Shown here: one piece after another, positions 28,759-39,363 of the stretch
Layout of the letters: each line of letters starts with the position of its first letter
Numbering within the stretch: the stretch's first letter is position 1
From: a bacterium
Lineage (GTDB): Bacteria > Bacteroidota > Ignavibacteria > Kapaibacteriales > UBA7675
DNA: 64,000 nt
Direction of reading: 5' to 3'
Assembly (NCBI GenBank): GCA_030430495.1
Contig: JAUIKM010000009.1
Span: forward strand, 6,250-70,249
The notes under the pieces: generated by a model
Seen by the model: the letters and a program-made list of their open reading frames with translations, nothing else
Database searches by the model: none
Told to the model about the DNA's origin: nothing
Translations under genes and position numbers: made by a program

Positions 28759-30561
28759 TTAATCGTTGATGCGCAGGACGGCCAGGAATGCTTCCTGCGG
28801 CACCTCCACGCTGCCGATCTGTTTCATCTTGCGTTTGCCGGCTTTCTGTTTTTCGAGCAGCTTGCGCTTGCGCGAAATATCACCGCCGTAGCACTTGGCC
28901 AGCACGTTCTTGCGCATGGCGCGGATGGTGTCGCGTGCAACAATGCGCGTTCCGATAGCCGCCTGGATGGCAACTTCAAACATCTGGCGCGGAATCAATT
29001 CTTTCAGCTTGGCGCACAGTTTTTTGCCCCATTCGTGCGCCTTGGAACGGTGAATGATGCACGACAGAGCGTCCACCGGGTCGCCGTTGAGCAGGATGTC
29101 GAGCTTGACCAGTTCGCTGGGACGCTCTTCCAGGATCTCGTAGTCGAGCGAGGCATAACCGCGCGTCGAGGATTTGAGCCGATCAAAAAAGTCGAAAATC
29201 ACCTCGGCCAGCGGCAGGTCGAAGTTCATTTCCACGCGGTCTTCGCTCAGGTAATTTGTACTCACCGGCGCGCCGCGGCGCTCCAGGCACAGTTTCATCA
29301 CCGCGCCGATGTACTCCGACGGACAGATGATCTGCGCGCGGATGATCGGCTCTTCAATGCGGTTGATCACGCCCGGCGAGGGCAGGTCGACCGGGTTGTC
29401 GACTTTCAGCACTTCGCCGTTGGTGCGGTAGACCGTATATGCCACGTTGGGCACCGTCGTCACAATTGTCATCTTGAACTCGCGTTCCAGACGCTCCTGC
29501 ACGATCTCCATGTGCAGCAGTCCAAGGAAGCCGCAGCGGAAACCGAAGCCGAGCGCCGAACTGGACTCGGGCTCAAAGGTAATCGCCGAGTCGTTCATCG
29601 CCAGTTTGGACAGCGCCTCGCGCAGATTCTCAAAGTCCTCGCTGTCCTGCGGGTAAATCCCGCTGAAGACCATCGGCTTGACTTCCTTGAATCCCGCTAT
29701 CGCATTCTCGACGCCGTTCTTAACCGTTGTGATCGTGTCGCCGACCTTGGTATCGTGCAGGTTTTTGATGGCGGCGGTCATGTAGCCGACCTCGCCCGCA
29801 CGCAGTTCACTCTGCGGCACGCGCCCCATGCGCATGATGCCGACTTCTTCCACTTCGTATTGCGGCTGTGTGGCAAAAAAACGGATTTTCTGGCCTTTTT
29901 TTATCACGCCGTCTATCACGCGAATGTTAACAACCACGCCGCGGTAGGGATCAAACACGGAATCGTAAATCAGCGCCCGCAGCGGCGCTTCGGGGTCGCC
30001 CGTCGGCGGCGGAACCTTTTCAACAATCGCTTCAAGGATGTCTTCCGTGCCGATGCCCTCTTTGGCCGATGCCAGGATCATGTCCTCATCTTCGCAACCG
30101 ATTAACTCGCGCACCTGTTTCTGCACGTTTTCCAGCGTGGTCGCCGCACTCGGCAAGTCAATTTTGTTAACAACCGGAATGATCTCCAGTCCGGCGTCAA
30201 TCGCCAGATAGAGATTGGAAATTGTCTGCGCTTCCACGCCCTGGGTTGCGTCTACAATTAACAACGCACCTTCGCAGGCCGCCAGCGAACGCGACACCTC
30301 GTAGGAAAAGTCCACGTGCCCCGGCGTGTCGATCAGGTTCAGGACGTACTCTTCCCCGTCTTTGGCTTTGTAGCGCATCTGAATGGCATGCAGTTTGATC
30401 GTGATGCCGCGCTCCTGCTCCAACGGATTGTCGTCCAGGACCTGCTTGGTTTTAAACGCTTTGGCGTTCAGCGTTTTGGTAAATTCGAGCAGCCGATCCG
30501 CCAGCGTCGATTTGCCGTGGTCGATATGCGCGATAATGCAGAAATTGCGAATCTTCTTCAT
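28759..30561 (-). CDS. lepA: Translation elongation factor 4 (LepA).
   Basis: [25 protein letters not shown] is the G1 motif. DTPGHVDF and NKIDL are present. The protein is LepA-like along its whole length. The internal Met at 30561 matches the canonical LepA N-terminus. The track ORF adds 12 codons. Confidence 0.9.
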   Translation of the reverse strand: MKKIRNFCIIAHIDHGKSTLADRLLEFTKTLNAKAFKTKQVLDDNPLEQERGITIKLHAIQMRYKAKDGEEYVLNLIDTPGHVDFSYEVSRSLAACEGALLIVDATQGVEAQTISNLYLAIDAGLEIIPVVNKIDLPSAATTLENVQKQVRELIGCEDEDMILASAKEGIGTEDILEAIVEKVPPPTGDPEAPLRALIYDSVFDPYRGVVVNIRVIDGVIKKGQKIRFFATQPQYEVEEVGIMRMGRVPQSELRAGEVGYMTAAIKNLHDTKVGDTITTVKNGVENAIAGFKEVKPMVFSGIYPQDSEDFENLREALSKLAMNDSAITFEPESSSALGFGFRCGFLGLLHMEIVQERLEREFKMTIVTTVPNVAYTVYRTNGEVLKVDNPVDLPSPGVINRIEEPIIRAQIICPSEYIGAVMKLCLERRGAPVSTNYLSEDRVEMNFDLPLAEVIFDFFDRLKSSTRGYASLDYEILEERPSELVKLDILLNGDPVDALSCIIHRSKAHEWGKKLCAKLKELIPRQMFEVAIQAAIGTRIVARDTIRAMRKNVLAKCYGGDISRKRKLLEKQKAGKRKMKQIGSVEVPQEAFLAVLRIND

Positions 30562-30638
30562 CAAGTATTGCCTTGTCCCAATCGGGTCACGCCGCATCTC
30601 CGTCCGTTTAATCCGGTGCGGTCGTACATTGTCTGTGT

Positions 30639-33134
30639 TTAAAGTGCGCGGTCCAGGAATTTAACAAACGCGGCTTCGTCCGTTGTGTAGGCGGACTTGG
30701 ATATCAACTGCTCCTGCGGTGTTAAAATCACGTAGAGCGGCAGGCTGATGTCGCCGTAGCGTTCCTCCTGCATCTTCTTGTACCGGTTGCTGTCATCCGA
30801 GCGCAGATCCGTATACAGTTGCACCACAACCATCTGTTCCAGACGGGTTTTAACACTCTCCTTCGGGAACATGGTCTTTTCCATCAGGCGGCAGTTTGTA
30901 CAGGTTTTGCCGGTAAAATCCACAAAGAGCGGTTTACCCGTTTTCTGCGATTCGGCCAGCGCCGCTTCGTAGTCCAGGAATATCTGCTCGCCTGCGTGTT
31001 TTTGCTTGAGCCTTTCCAGGAAATCACTACTGTTTTCCCCGGCTGCGGCTTCGCCGGCGCCTGGCTGTGCGAGGTCTGAATTTGTCGAGCTGTTTTCAGT
31101 CGTGACCGAGTTTCCGCCTTCCTCAAAATTGTGGAAGTAGATTTTGTCGTCCGGCGGCAGGAACGAGTCGATCATGCCGAGGTTTTTGCCCATCAATCCC
31201 GTAAACAGGAAAAAGGTGATGCTGGCAAAAAAGAGCGCAAACATCGCGCGCGTAGCGCCGACGCTGTCAACCGGACTGTCGTGCGAAAACCGGAAAATAC
31301 CCAGGATGTAAATCACGATGAAAATCGCGCAGCCGATCCACGTCGCAAGAAACAGATCGCGCGATAAAATTTGCCAGTTCCACACCAGGTCGGCATTGGA
31401 TATGAACTTCACCGCCGCCGCAATCTCGATGAATCCCATCACCACTTTGATGTTGTTCATCCAGCCGCCGGCGCGCGGCAGCTTCTGCATCATAGCCGGA
31501 AACAACGCCAGCAAAAAGAATGGCAATGCAAAAACCGTCGCGAATGCCGTCATCCCCAGAACCGGCCGCAGCAGCTCCGTTTCAGCGCCGCCGGTAGAAA
31601 TGAAAGCGGTCCCCACAAAGGGCACCGTACAGGTAAACGAGGTCAGCGAAAAGGTCAAAGCCATCAACAGAATGCCCGTGAAACCCTTGCCGTCGCCGCT
31701 GGCCGTATTCAGTTTGTTAAGTATCGCCGCCGGTATCTGAATCTCAAATGCGCCGAAGAGATTAAACGCAAAAATGATAAAGACCGAGGCAATCGCGATG
31801 TTCACCCAGGGATTCGTCGAGAAGTCGCGAACGCCCGTCGCGCCGAACAACAGCGTCAAAAGGACGCCCAGCACAACAAAGGTCAGGATAATGCCGAAGG
31901 AATAGACCAGGCTGTCGATCACGCCGCGGCCCGGATTTTTCTCGGAGCGTTTGGTGAAAAACGACACGGTGATCGGAATCATCGGGAACACACAGGGCGT
32001 CAGCAGAGCGCCGGCGCCGGCGACCATCGCCAGGATGAGGTACATCCACGTCGTCGCCTTGATCGTGGCCGTGATGTACATTTTGTGCTGCGTCGGCGGC
32101 AGACAGGCGCCTTCCTTGCAGATCTGATAGTCGATCGAAATGCTGAAGGGCTCCTGTGAATTGTCCTGCTCCAGCTTGACATTGTCCGGCACGTACACCG
32201 GAATCCGGAAGGTCGCTTCTTTTTTGTGTTTGCCGACGTCCATCATCTGGGCTTCGTCGTATTCCACCGTCGGCTGCGACTCCGTCACGTCTCCCATGCG
32301 AATTTTATCGCCGCCCTCCACCTCGAAGGTCGTGGCCTGGGGACCGAGTCCGTATTCGTCAACCGTTGCATTGATGCTGTAGGCATGCCAGCCGTCGGCA
32401 ATTTTCATGGTGACGTCGAGGTACACCGTATCGCCGACGACAATCGCCAGGTTCGTCGTGTCGGCAATCGAGATGTCGACCAGTTTGTCGTAGCTCGCAT
32501 TCGACAGATCGTCGCCGGACGATGCACCGTCCGACTCCATCGACTCGGAGTAATCTTCGCCTTCGTCGGAACTTTCGTCATCACTTGCGGCATCATCCGC
32601 GGCGCTGTCGGTCGTGGATGTGGCCGCACCGCTCACTTTGACCGTCAGCGGCAGTTCTTTCATGTCCGGCGGCAGACAGCGCGTCGGATCGCAGGACTGG
32701 AAGTACACCCTTACTTTGCCGGTGTAATCACCGGGCGCCATTCCGGCCGCCGCTTTGACGTTGACCGTAAAGTTGGCGCTGTGCTCGTGGTATTCAATAT
32801 CAAAATCAAAACCCTTGTCGAATTTCGACTTGGGTTTGGGCTCTTTTACGCCGGCCAGGCTGATGCCGTCGGCAAAACCGTCCAGCTCGACCTCGGTGGC
32901 CGTCGGTCCGATGCCGTATTCATCGCTTTTGGGGTTGACGCCGTAGATGTACCAGGTCTCGTCGATCGTGGCTTTCAGACCTACCGCCGCTTGTGAACCG
33001 GCTTCAACGCTGATGCTGTTGCCGCCGAGCGACCACTGCACCTTGGCGCCGTCTTCGCTGAAAAGCGTACTGTAGCCGACCGCCGCAAGCAGAAGAACGG
33101 TCGCCGTAATCAGGAATTTATCGGCTCTTGTCAT
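30639..33134 (-). CDS. dsbD: Thiol:disulfide interchange protein DsbD-family, with a duplicated nDsbD-like periplasmic domain.
   Basis: TM core with CVFPMIPI (CxxP variant). C-terminal thioredoxin-like domain [10 protein letters not shown] (CxxC). There are two N-terminal domains, each ending in a Cys pair before LPP: CDPTRCLPP and CKEGACLPP. They are separated by a D/S/E-rich acidic linker. Confidence 0.8.
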   Translation of the reverse strand: MTRADKFLITATVLLLAAVGYSTLFSEDGAKVQWSLGGNSISVEAGSQAAVGLKATIDETWYIYGVNPKSDEYGIGPTATEVELDGFADGISLAGVKEPKPKSKFDKGFDFDIEYHEHSANFTVNVKAAAGMAPGDYTGKVRVYFQSCDPTRCLPPDMKELPLTVKVSGAATSTTDSAADDAASDDESSDEGEDYSESMESDGASSGDDLSNASYDKLVDISIADTTNLAIVVGDTVYLDVTMKIADGWHAYSINATVDEYGLGPQATTFEVEGGDKIRMGDVTESQPTVEYDEAQMMDVGKHKKEATFRIPVYVPDNVKLEQDNSQEPFSISIDYQICKEGACLPPTQHKMYITATIKATTWMYLILAMVAGAGALLTPCVFPMIPITVSFFTKRSEKNPGRGVIDSLVYSFGIILTFVVLGVLLTLLFGATGVRDFSTNPWVNIAIASVFIIFAFNLFGAFEIQIPAAILNKLNTASGDGKGFTGILLMALTFSLTSFTCTVPFVGTAFISTGGAETELLRPVLGMTAFATVFALPFFLLALFPAMMQKLPRAGGWMNNIKVVMGFIEIAAAVKFISNADLVWNWQILSRDLFLATWIGCAIFIVIYILGIFRFSHDSPVDSVGATRAMFALFFASITFFLFTGLMGKNLGMIDSFLPPDDKIYFHNFEEGGNSVTTENSSTNSDLAQPGAGEAAAGENSSDFLERLKQKHAGEQIFLDYEAALAESQKTGKPLFVDFTGKTCTNCRLMEKTMFPKESVKTRLEQMVVVQLYTDLRSDDSNRYKKMQEERYGDISLPLYVILTPQEQLISKSAYTTDEAAFVKFLDRAL

Positions 33135-33320
33135 GCGTCAACTCCTCCAGAGGAACGGTTCGCCGTCGCGACAAACCGAATTTCGCAAGTTAGCGATTTA
33201 GCCAGTCATAATAAAACGGGATGAGCCCCGCAAAACCATTTCACCAGCGCGTTTGGTTCCCGCAATTTTTCCGGAGCCGATGCGCCTCCAATCGACAATC
33301 TCACGGGCCGGATCGCGTCT

Positions 33321-35255
33321 GTGGCGCCTATGAGCGACGCATCCGCACCGGGCCGCGCATCGAAGGACGACAACAAACTCGACGGCAAATTGCTGAAACG
33401 ACTGGTCGTCTTTTTGAAGCCCTATAAACGCCTGGTTATCCTGGCAATTGTCTTTAACATTCTGGCCGCAGGCCTTGGGCCCTTCCGCGCAGTCCTCGTG
33501 AACTACGCCGTGGACGACGCCATCAAGATTACGGCGGTCGATGATGACAGCCCCACAGACGCCGGCGCATCGCTCACCCCCGGCGCAACGACTGAACCTC
33601 AGACTCCCGCCCTCTCTCCCGCTGACAAACAAAAGAATGCCCAAAACGATCCGCAAACACGCTACGATCTGCTGCAATTTTACTGCCTCAGCATTTTTGG
33701 ACTGCTGGTGCTGCAGGGCCTGCTGCAGTATTTCCTGACGCTCCTGATGAACTGGATCGGCCAGAATACGATCAACGATGTGCGGACGACGCTTTTTGAC
33801 ATCGTACAGCGATTGTCGCTGCGTTTCTACGACACAAATCCGATCGGGCGGCTGATTACGCGGGTTACCAGCGATGTGGAGGTGTTGCAAACGATGTACA
33901 CCGACAGCCTGGTGATGATCATTTCGAACGTCTTCCAGCTGGTGTTTATCGTCGCGGCCATGTTCATCGTCTCGTGGCAACTCGCCTTTGCCACGCTGGC
34001 CATCGTGCCGCTGCTGCTGATCGCCACGTCGATTTTCCGCCGCCACGTGCGCGAGGCCTTCCGCAGTATTCGCGGCCTCGTCTCGCGCATGAACGCCTTC
34101 CTGAATGAGTACATCACGGGCATTTCCGTGGTGCAGCTCTTTTCCCAGGAACGCAAACAGGCCGCCAAGTTCGACAAGATCAACAAGGAACACACCGACG
34201 AGCAGATCCGCACCGTCACCTACTACGCGCTCTTTTTTCCGGTTGTGGACTTCCTGACTTCGATGTCGACCGCCATAACGGTTGGTTTCGGCGGCTGGGC
34301 CATCACGGGCGGCAGCGTGGAACTGGGCGATCTGATCGCATTTATCCTGCTCTTTGAGCTCTTTTTCCGTCCCCTGCGCGAACTGTCGGACAAATACAAC
34401 GCACTGCAAAACGCCATGGCTTCGTCGGAGCGCATTTTTGAGCTGCTCGACGAAGACTCATTTATCTCCGACTCACCGCAGGCGCAGGATATGCCAAGGT
34501 TGGCGCGCGCCGTGGAATTCAACAAGGTCGGCTTTGCCTACGACGGCGTCAACTTTGTGCTCGACGATATTTCCTTTACCGTCAACAAAGGTGAGACGAT
34601 TGCAATTGTCGGCGCCACGGGCGCGGGCAAGAGTTCCATCATCAACCTGCTGACGCGATTTTACGAGTTCCAGCGCGGCAGTATCCGCGTCGACGGCGTC
34701 GACATCCGCGACCTGCGCCAGAATTCCCTGCGCAGTCACATCGCAATTGTGCTGCAGGATGTCTTCATGTTTTCGCGCAGCGTGCTCGACAACATCACAC
34801 TCGGCGACGAAAACATTACGCGCGAGGATGCCGTCGCGGCCGCCAAAGCCGTCGGTGCGCACGACTTCATCGAACGGCTGCCGCAGGGCTACGACACGCA
34901 GGTCCGCGAACGCGGATCCACGCTCTCCGTCGGTCAAAGGCAACTCTTGTCCTTTTGTCGCGCACTCGCCGCGGACCCGGACATTCTCATTCTGGACGAA
35001 GCGACGTCCAGCGTCGACACGGCAACGGAACAGATTATCGAGGCGGCCATTTCGCGTCTGCTGGCGGGCCGCACCTCAATTGTTATTGCACACCGCCTTT
35101 CCACCGTCCGCCGCGCGGACCGGATCATTGTTATGCACCGCGGCAAGATGTACGAGCAGGGCAGCCACGAGGAATTGATCGCGGCCGACGGCCTGTACGC
35201 CAAGCTGTACAAATTGCAGTACAAGGAACAGCTCACCACTCCGCTCGACTCCTGA
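33321..35255 (+). CDS. ABC exporter, fused permease-ATPase (MsbA/lipid-export-like).
   Basis: Six-TM domain followed by an NBD: Walker A GATGAGKSS, signature LSVGQRQLLSFCRAL, Walker B ILILDEATSSVD. The antisense ORF 33198..34409 is spurious. Confidence 0.85.
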   Translation: MAPMSDASAPGRASKDDNKLDGKLLKRLVVFLKPYKRLVILAIVFNILAAGLGPFRAVLVNYAVDDAIKITAVDDDSPTDAGASLTPGATTEPQTPALSPADKQKNAQNDPQTRYDLLQFYCLSIFGLLVLQGLLQYFLTLLMNWIGQNTINDVRTTLFDIVQRLSLRFYDTNPIGRLITRVTSDVEVLQTMYTDSLVMIISNVFQLVFIVAAMFIVSWQLAFATLAIVPLLLIATSIFRRHVREAFRSIRGLVSRMNAFLNEYITGISVVQLFSQERKQAAKFDKINKEHTDEQIRTVTYYALFFPVVDFLTSMSTAITVGFGGWAITGGSVELGDLIAFILLFELFFRPLRELSDKYNALQNAMASSERIFELLDEDSFISDSPQAQDMPRLARAVEFNKVGFAYDGVNFVLDDISFTVNKGETIAIVGATGAGKSSIINLLTRFYEFQRGSIRVDGVDIRDLRQNSLRSHIAIVLQDVFMFSRSVLDNITLGDENITREDAVAAAKAVGAHDFIERLPQGYDTQVRERGSTLSVGQRQLLSFCRALAADPDILILDEATSSVDTATEQIIEAAISRLLAGRTSIVIAHRLSTVRRADRIIVMHRGKMYEQGSHEELIAADGLYAKLYKLQYKEQLTTPLDS

Positions 35256-35320
35256 CGTACACGCCTGTTTAAGCTTCGCGTTCGATGAATTCCGCCCGGA
35301 TCGACTTGCAGCTTCCCATT

Positions 35321-35460
35321 TACTCGGCGGCCTGACATTTTTGTTTGTCAGCGCGAGCGGGGCGTGGGGCTGGTTTGGAGACGTCTGGTTTACTCGGCGG
35401 CCTGACATTTTTGTTTGTCAGCGCGAGCGGGGCGTGGGGCTGGTTTGGAGACGTCTGGTT
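35321..35460. repeat. Perfect 2x70-bp tandem duplication. Each unit contains a CUGACA-UUUUUGUU-UGUCAG hairpin.
   Basis: 35321..35390 equals 35391..35460 base for base: TACTCGGCGGCCTGACATTTTTGTTTGTCAGCGCGAGCGGGGCGTGGGGCTGGTTTGGAGACGTCTGGTT. It lies between convergent genes. Confidence 0.9.
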
Positions 35461-35816
35461 GAGCGATGGACATTAGATCTGGCGGCAAAAAACAATTCAG
35501 ATGTAGTCTTGAACAAAGACCTTGTACAGTATCACAACCAGGCGTTCAGCGATAGCCAAAAGTCGCCGAACTTCAAGTCCAAAGTCCGTTTCAATCACAT
35601 CAGTGCAACATCACCTGAAATCCCGGCGGTTCGCAGCGGGCCTGAAACAGGCTGGTCCAAAGTATCAGTGCGGTCGGGAGGACAAAAGCAGTTAAACCGT
35701 GGTGTCGGGAAAACGTCGTAACTGTGTCGGAAGGCGTTGATCTCTCGTGCGCCGTACATGCATGGGTGGGTTTAAAAGCAGACGGGCCGCTTGCGCGGCC
35801 CGTCCTGTTAACAGTC

Positions 35817-37577
35817 TTATGCTTCCATCTCTTCTTCGACATCTTCTTCCATGTCGTCGATATCGTCAACGTCGTCAACGTCGTCCATCTCGTCGTCCAT
35901 GTCGTCCATATCCTCATCGTGCTCTTCGGAATCTTCGTCCGCGTCGCTGTTGGTCGGACGCTGATAGAAGTAGGATGACTCCGTCGTGTCGTGACCGAGC
36001 AGTTCGGCCAGTTCGATTTCGTTCATCTGTTTCCACGAACCTTCCTTGATCGTATCGGTCGTGAGTGTGCCGATGCGGAAGCGGTGCATGGAAAGCACTT
36101 CCAGGTCGTTGTTTTTGAGCACTTTGTTGATATCGGTCACGCCGCCGCGTTTAACAATGATCGACAGCCAGCAGGAGCGTTTGTTCTTCTGCAGGACCGC
36201 AGCTTTGGTCTCTTTGCCGTTGTCGTCATGCAGCGCGCGCAGGGCCTTGTTCAAGGCCGTGATTTCCGTGCGCTTGGGAACGCGGTTAACCTTGACGTGG
36301 TATTCTTTTTCCAGCGTGTTAAACTCCGACGCGTCGGAATTGCGATGCGCTTCGTCATTGGTCGTAATCACCAGACCGCTCATCGCTTTGGACAGGCGTC
36401 CGGCCGGGAAGTACCAGTGTTCGGAGTTCGGCACCAGCGAGTGCACCGAGCGCACGTTCGGCTCTTTGGACGGCACGAGGCCGGCCGGTTTGTGCAGCAC
36501 CACGAAGTTGCCGCTGCGATTTGCTTTCAGCGGCATGTAGTCGACGGCAACGCGGTCCTTAAACAGGATGACGCGTTTGTTCGGATCGGAAACGATAGCA
36601 TTGTTAACCGACACGCGCGAGTTGCGGATAAAGTCGATCGTAATGTTGCGCGATCCGAACTGCAGTTTGGCCATGGCGCGCGGCAGCGAGACAATCTGCA
36701 GATTGCGCCGCTTTTTGGTAAAGTTTTTCTGGGCTTCCTTGCGCGTAATCTGCGGTTTGCGCGGCTTCTGGAATCGCTGATTCTGGTGGCGCGCCTGCTG
36801 GCCGCCGCCCGGATGACGTCCCTGTTGTCCGCCGCCGGGGTGATCGCCGCCGCCGCGGCGATCCTGCTGCCGATCCTGCTGATAACCGCCTTCGCGGCGC
36901 TGATACTGGCGACTTTCGCCCTGATAGCCACCACCGCCGCCGCCGCCTCGATGTGAGGGTTGCGCCGGCGCCGGTCCCGGCGGACGGCGTTTGATCATGC
37001 GGCGCGGCCGCGGTTCCGGCGCGCGATTGTCGTACTGCTGATAACTGTCGCGATCGCGGTCGCGGTCGCGGTCCCGACTGCCGCCGCCGCCGTAATCGCC
37101 GCCGCGCGAACGGTAGTTGTCGCGCGGTTGCCGATTTTCATAGTTGTGCGAGTCGCGGTAGTTGTCGCGCGGCGGGCGGTTGTCGTACTGCTGCTGACGC
37201 GGCTGATAAGACGAACGACGCTGGTAGGACTGGTTGCCGCCGCCACCGCCGCCGTACCCGCCGGATTTCTGGCGGTTGTAGTTGCCGCCGTACGAGGGGT
37301 TCTGGTCGCTGTAAATTTTCGGGTTGCCGACGTTGGCGCCTTCGCGATTCCAGCGGTGCTCATCGGGTTCTTCGTAGTCGTAATCGTAGTCGTAATCGCG
37401 CTTGGGCACGCGGCCGGCCGCATCCTGCGGATTCGGCGCCTGATCGTAGGGCGGCTGTTGCTCCGGTTGGCGCGGCGCGTCCTGATCCTTGGCATCATCC
37501 TGTTGCCATTGCTGATTCTTCCAGACTCTGCCGGAGCGCGAATTGTCGCGCCGCGGTATTCTGTTTTTCCCATTCAT
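35817..37577 (-). CDS. RluB/RsuA-family pseudouridine synthase, with a roughly 300-aa RGG/YGG-rich N-terminal disordered region and a poly-acidic C-terminal tail.
   Basis: S4 domain (SRVSVNNAIVSDPNKRVILFKDRVAVD). Catalytic region with VVLHKPAGLVPS and ITTNDEAH. The N-terminal segment is low-complexity: GGYGGGGGGNQSYQRR, RDRDRDRDSYQQY, GGGGGGYQGESRQYQRREGGYQQDRQQDRRGGGDHPGGGQQGRHPGGGQQ. The C-terminus reads DEDSEEHDEDMDDMDDEMDDVDDVDDIDDMEEDVEEEMEA. GGAGAT RBS before the ATG at 37577. Confidence 0.75.
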   Translation of the reverse strand: MNGKNRIPRRDNSRSGRVWKNQQWQQDDAKDQDAPRQPEQQPPYDQAPNPQDAAGRVPKRDYDYDYDYEEPDEHRWNREGANVGNPKIYSDQNPSYGGNYNRQKSGGYGGGGGGNQSYQRRSSYQPRQQQYDNRPPRDNYRDSHNYENRQPRDNYRSRGGDYGGGGSRDRDRDRDRDSYQQYDNRAPEPRPRRMIKRRPPGPAPAQPSHRGGGGGGGYQGESRQYQRREGGYQQDRQQDRRGGGDHPGGGQQGRHPGGGQQARHQNQRFQKPRKPQITRKEAQKNFTKKRRNLQIVSLPRAMAKLQFGSRNITIDFIRNSRVSVNNAIVSDPNKRVILFKDRVAVDYMPLKANRSGNFVVLHKPAGLVPSKEPNVRSVHSLVPNSEHWYFPAGRLSKAMSGLVITTNDEAHRNSDASEFNTLEKEYHVKVNRVPKRTEITALNKALRALHDDNGKETKAAVLQKNKRSCWLSIIVKRGGVTDINKVLKNNDLEVLSMHRFRIGTLTTDTIKEGSWKQMNEIELAELLGHDTTESSYFYQRPTNSDADEDSEEHDEDMDDMDDEMDDVDDVDDIDDMEEDVEEEMEA

Positions 37578-37697
37578 GAGGGTATCTCCCTTCAAACTAT
37601 TACACAAGTATTAATATCATATTCTTCAATTGCACGGTCACATCACCAATGTGTGTGTTGACTGTGGGTGTGACGGACCGGTTGGGCTGAGGCGACT

Positions 37698-38300
37698 TCA
37701 GAGTAGTACTTTAACGACGTAAAATCCAAGCACCAGAAGTACGATGAACACGATAGAGAGAATATCGAAATATTTATCGATAAATACCTTGATCTGTGCT
37801 CCGAAGATTCGAATCAAGCCCCCAACGAGGAAAAATCTCCCCGCACGACCGATCGTAGAAATCAGAATAAACGGCAAAATCGGCATCTCGAAGGCGCCTG
37901 AGGCGATTGTAGCCACTTTGTACGGTATGGGCGTAAACGCCGCTCCGAGAAGCAGAAGGTTACCGTACTCGTCGTACATCGCCTGGAATTCCTCCCACTT
38001 GGATTCCAGGCCGTACATCGCGATAACAGGATTTCCTACGACATCCATCAGTCCGAATCCAATGAGATAACCGATTACCCCGCCAACCAGAGACCCCAAG
38101 GTGCACCACAACGCCGCCTGTAACGCCTTGTCAGGCCTTGAGACAGCGATGGCGATAAGCAGTACGTCCGGTGGAATCGGAAATACAGAAGATTCGGCCA
38201 ATGCCAAAAAGAACAAAGCATACATTGCGGACGGTTTTTCCGCAAAACTTTCCATCCAGGCTTTCAGACTTCGCATCCAGCGAAAAAACGCTTTCACCAC
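37698..38300 (-). CDS. DedA/YqaA-family (VTT domain) membrane protein.
   Basis: 200 aa with about 5 TM helices. It has the ESSVFPIPPDVLLIA motif characteristic of the DedA/SNARE-associated family. Confidence 0.75.
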   Translation of the reverse strand: MVKAFFRWMRSLKAWMESFAEKPSAMYALFFLALAESSVFPIPPDVLLIAIAVSRPDKALQAALWCTLGSLVGGVIGYLIGFGLMDVVGNPVIAMYGLESKWEEFQAMYDEYGNLLLLGAAFTPIPYKVATIASGAFEMPILPFILISTIGRAGRFFLVGGLIRIFGAQIKVFIDKYFDILSIVFIVLLVLGFYVVKVLL

Positions 38301-38376
38301 TCAGATCCTTAACGTGTCTTGCCCCGTGAAGGTCGCCGCCCGAAAACACTGTGTGTTTCGGTCACGCCGGCGTTCT

Positions 38377-39363
38377 TCAGACAGGATCCGCACTTACTTC
38401 CGTCCAGATACCCATTGCGCTGAACTTGTTCAATCGTTGTTCCAACAAGTCAGTGGTGTCGAACTTAAGCAGGCCGCGAAGTTCATCAGTCAAAATACGC
38501 TGCATCGTTGCAAACATTGCGCCGTGGTCGGCATGAGCTCCGCCAATAGGTTCGGGAACGATGCGATCTATTATTCCGAACTTTTGCAGATCCGGCGCCG
38601 TCAGTTTAAGTGCTTCAGCCGCCTGCTCTTTGTATTCCCAGCTGCGCCACAAAATGCTGGAGCAGGACTCGGGCGCAATCACCGAATACCAGGCGTTTTC
38701 CAACATCAGAACCCTGTCCCCGATTCCAATGCCCAGCGCGCCGCCGGAGGCGCCCTCGCCGATAATTGTTATGATAATCGGCACGCTCAACCGCGCCATT
38801 AAACGCAAATTGCGGGCGATTGCCTCTGCCTGTCCGCGTTCCTCGGCTTCCATGCCCGGATACGCGCCCGGAGTGTCAATCAGGCAAACAACAGGTTTGT
38901 TGAATTTTTGCGCCAACTCAAACAGTCGGTGCGCCTTGCGGTATCCCTCGGGATTCGGCATGCCGAAATTGCGCATCAGGTTCGATTTGGTATCGCGCCC
39001 CTTTTGATGCCCCACCACTACGACGCCGCGGCCGTCCAGCCGGGCCAGACCGCCCACAATCGCAGGATCGTCACGGAACGAGCGGTCGCCGTGCAACTCA
39101 ACAAAATCGGTAAAAATGTTTTCGATGTAATCAAGCGTCTGCGGACGCTGCGGGTGGCGCGCTATCTGGACGCGCTGCCAACGGGTAAGTTTGGAATACA
39201 CTTCCTCACGCAGGCGCCTGACTTTGCTTTCGAGTTTGTCTATCTCGAGATTGATCTCCATGGAATCGGCCATCGCCCGCATCTCGTCGACCTTGGCTTC
39301 CAGGTCGATGATCGGTTTTTCAAATTCGAGAATGGGGCTGATATTTTTTTTACCCGACGCCAC
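38377..39363 (-). CDS. accA: Acetyl-CoA carboxylase carboxyltransferase alpha subunit.
   Basis: [41 protein letters not shown]. Full-length AccA. Confidence 0.9.
   Translation of the reverse strand: MASGKKNISPILEFEKPIIDLEAKVDEMRAMADSMEINLEIDKLESKVRRLREEVYSKLTRWQRVQIARHPQRPQTLDYIENIFTDFVELHGDRSFRDDPAIVGGLARLDGRGVVVVGHQKGRDTKSNLMRNFGMPNPEGYRKAHRLFELAQKFNKPVVCLIDTPGAYPGMEAEERGQAEAIARNLRLMARLSVPIIITIIGEGASGGALGIGIGDRVLMLENAWYSVIAPESCSSILWRSWEYKEQAAEALKLTAPDLQKFGIIDRIVPEPIGGAHADHGAMFATMQRILTDELRGLLKFDTTDLLEQRLNKFSAMGIWTEVSADPV

Noticed and set aside
35341-35721. 126-aa ORF spanning the 2x70-bp tandem repeat.
   Set aside because: The ORF exists only because it reads through two identical repeat units, and the translated repeat (SASGAWGWFGDVW ...) is not protein-like.
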